From NCBI GenBank assembly GCA_011391175.1, contig JAABQZ010000001.1, positions 5,915-69,914 on the forward strand: 64,000 bases of DNA, given 5' to 3'. The translations under genes and the position numbers were made by a program. Origin of the DNA: Methylophilaceae bacterium. GTDB taxonomy: Bacteria > Pseudomonadota > Gammaproteobacteria > Burkholderiales > Methylophilaceae. Within the stretch, counting starts at the first letter, position 1. Every line of letters begins with the position of its first letter. Positions 61,767-64,000 of this stretch are shown piece after piece. Under the pieces are notes generated by a model. It saw nothing but the letters and a program-made list of their open reading frames with translations, searched no databases and was not told the origin of the DNA.

Positions 61767-62861
61767 ATGGCTGCCATTGATATTACCCCAGTGCTGAAAT
61801 ATATGACCGACAAAGGCGGTTCGGACCTGTTTTTTAGCACAGGCGCTTCTATACACATGGATGTTGAAGGTGAAACCATGCCAGTCAATGCGCAAAAAAT
61901 GACGCCAGGCATGATTAAAGAAATTGCCTATGCCATTATGAGTCCTGCGCAAATTGCGGAATTTGAAAAAGAATTAGAATGTAACTTTGCCATTGGTCGC
62001 AAAGATATTGGCCGTTTCCGTGTCAATGTGTTTAGGCAGCGCGGCGAAGTCGGTATGGTCATTCGCCACATTAAAACCGATATTCCAGACTTTGAAACTT
62101 TAGGTTTGCCACTGATTCTGCGTGAGCTCATCATGAAAAAACGTGGTTTGGTGTTGGTAGTAGGCTCAACTGGCTCAGGAAAATCAACAACACTAGCCTC
62201 AATGATTGATTATCGCAATGCCAATGAAACTGGCCATATTGTCACCATTGAAGACCCGATTGAGTTTGTGTATAACCACAAAAAATCGGTGGTGGACCAG
62301 CGCGAAGTCGGCATTGATACCCACTCGTTCACCAGCGCACTTAAAAATGCCATGCGCCAGGCGCCAGATGTGATTTTAATTGGTGAAGTGCGTGATATGG
62401 ATGGTATGCAACAAGCGCTGACTTACGCCGAAACGGGCCATTTATGTCTAGCTACCTTGCACGCAAACAATGCCAACCAAGCACTCGAGCGCATTATTTC
62501 ATTCTTCCCAACTGAGGCCAAACATGGCTTGCTACTTGGCGTTTCACTAAATTTGGTGGGCATTGTGTCGCAACGCTTAATTCCTGGCAAAGTCCAGAAA
62601 CGCGTGGCGGCGGTTGAGGTGCTGATTAACACGCCTTATGTGTCAGAGCTGATTCAAAAACAAAAAATGGGTGAGTTGAAAGACACCATGGCCGACAACA
62701 ACGATATTGGCATGAATACGTTTGACCAGTCGCTATTTAAGCTATTTGCCAACGGCAAAATTGATGAAAACGAAGCGCTGGCTAATGCCGATTCGCGTAA
62801 CGATTTATCACTAAAAATTCGCTTTGCTGCGGAAGGTAATGCGGGTGGCTTTGGTGGTTAA
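61767..62861 (+). CDS. pilU: Type IV pilus retraction ATPase, PilU type
   Basis: GSTGSGKSTT, TIEDPIE, QREVG.DT, AMRQAPD, ETGHL..ATLHANNANQ. Confidence 0.88.
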   Translation: MAAIDITPVLKYMTDKGGSDLFFSTGASIHMDVEGETMPVNAQKMTPGMIKEIAYAIMSPAQIAEFEKELECNFAIGRKDIGRFRVNVFRQRGEVGMVIRHIKTDIPDFETLGLPLILRELIMKKRGLVLVVGSTGSGKSTTLASMIDYRNANETGHIVTIEDPIEFVYNHKKSVVDQREVGIDTHSFTSALKNAMRQAPDVILIGEVRDMDGMQQALTYAETGHLCLATLHANNANQALERIISFFPTEAKHGLLLGVSLNLVGIVSQRLIPGKVQKRVAAVEVLINTPYVSELIQKQKMGELKDTMADNNDIGMNTFDQSLFKLFANGKIDENEALANADSRNDLSLKIRFAAEGNAGGFGG

Positions 62862-62886
62862 CTTTTAAATGGCTAGCGATGGATTG

Positions 62887-63816
62887 TTAATCTTTATGAT
62901 TTAGGGCTGCAGTTAACGCCGCTGCAATAATCAGCAGCCCACCCAACCATTCATTTAATGTCATGGCTTCGTGCGCTAAATAATACGAAGCGATAGCCGC
63001 CACGACTAGTTCAAACAAAAACAATACAGAAGCGCGGATTGCTGTCAATTGCGTCACTCCAAACTGCACTAGCATGGTAGCCGCTATTAGCAACAGCGCA
63101 ATAACCACAATCACCACCCAATGATTAGGACTGAAAAAACTTGGCGTGACAAAGTTTTGACCATAATAATTGACTAAGAATGGTGCAGAAAGCACCGCCA
63201 CGGCAATCACACCCACCCACACCGCAAATGATTTTTGTAGCAGGTTTAAATGACTGGATTTTCTGGTAATCACATTGGTCAACGAGAAGCCAATACCTGC
63301 AGATAAAGCCAACCATTCGGCAGCATTACGCGGAATAGGTAAACTGCTTTCTACGGCGCTAAATGGGCCTGCTAGCATGATATAGGCACCAACAAGGGCG
63401 ATACTAATCGAGATAAAACCAATTTTTGTAATCGGTTCTTTTAGCCAAAAGCGCGCTAGTAGCAATGTCCACAAGGGCGATAAATAAAATAACAACATCA
63501 CCCGCATCACTTCACCATCAATCACCGCCAGCACATAGCTCAGGTTAGTCCAGCCCGCAATAAGCCCAATCCAAACCACATTTTGTGGCTGCTTAAATAG
63601 CTCGCGCCAATGTCTAGCTAGATGTTTAGAGAAATAAGTGCCAGCCAACAGCGTGGCAATGCAATAGGTATAAAAGCTAGAAGCCACCCCCGATACGCCC
63701 GCTTCAGCCATCAAGCGATAAGGATACCAAATAATGCCCCAGCAAAAAGCGCCAAACAGCAGGCCAAATATCGCTAACGTATTTTTATTGGAATTAATCT
63801 TATTGCTATTAATCAA
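62887..63816 (-). CDS. DMT/EamA family transporter
   Basis: About 10 TMs; WGIIWYP, LLFYLSPLW, FELVV. Confidence 0.88.
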   Translation of the reverse strand: MINSNKINSNKNTLAIFGLLFGAFCWGIIWYPYRLMAEAGVSGVASSFYTYCIATLLAGTYFSKHLARHWRELFKQPQNVVWIGLIAGWTNLSYVLAVIDGEVMRVMLLFYLSPLWTLLLARFWLKEPITKIGFISISIALVGAYIMLAGPFSAVESSLPIPRNAAEWLALSAGIGFSLTNVITRKSSHLNLLQKSFAVWVGVIAVAVLSAPFLVNYYGQNFVTPSFFSPNHWVVIVVIALLLIAATMLVQFGVTQLTAIRASVLFLFELVVAAIASYYLAHEAMTLNEWLGGLLIIAAALTAALNHKD

Positions 63817-63843
63817 GTTGAATCCTAAATTATAATAGGGCCT

Positions 63844-64000
63844 ATGAACCCAAATTTGAGCCTGCTACAACCCTACCCGTTTCAGCGTCTGCGCGATTTA
63901 TTTTCTGGCATTACACCTAATCCAGCCTTGAATAACATCAATCTTTCCATTGGCGAACCCAAACATGCCACACCGCAACTGATTAAAGACGCACTCACCA
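63844..64000 (+). CDS. dapC: Succinyldiaminopimelate transaminase (5' part only)
   Basis: Manual translation MNPNLSLLQPYPFQRLRDLF...INLSIGEPKHATP. Confidence 0.88.
   Translation, partial: MNPNLSLLQPYPFQRLRDLFSGITPNPALNNINLSIGEPKHATPQLIKDALT

Overview
This is a core-chromosome segment of a betaproteobacterium, most likely Methylophilaceae (Methylotenera-like). The assignment is inferred from protein style, two-subunit pyruvate carboxylase, hpnCDE and a PQQ-family lipoprotein. Housekeeping blocks are fabD-fabH-plsX-rpmF-yceD, pycAB, the rpsB-tsf-pyrH-frr-uppS-cdsA-dxr-rseP-bamA-skp-lpxD-fabZ-lpxA-lpxB-rnhB superoperon, map-glnD, tRNA-Ser(TGA), def-mtnP, hpnCDE, rpsF-priB-rpsR-rplI-dnaB-radA, mnmD/mnmC, a GT41 TPR glycosyltransferase, pilU and the start of dapC. 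Five features stand out. (1) A dispersed ~39-bp 14-11-14 quasi-palindromic element occurs in about 8 copies, and its asymmetric core is also written into coding sequence, including the codons of the FabD active-site loop. (2) A CxxC/RAPP leader ORF (DUF2946/CruR-like) precedes a ZnuD-like TonB receptor inserted between rpsB and map. (3) A PQQ-dehydrogenase-fold lipoprotein lacks the canonical metal-ligand Glu and the catalytic Asp. (4) Divergent from it is a SigK/RskA-type ECF pair heading a 9-gene furan/modified fatty-acid-type lipid operon. (5) An orphan HEPN-like ORF overlaps the rnhB 3' end. No CRISPR array, transposase, integrase or rRNA was seen. All calls are by eye, with no database searches.
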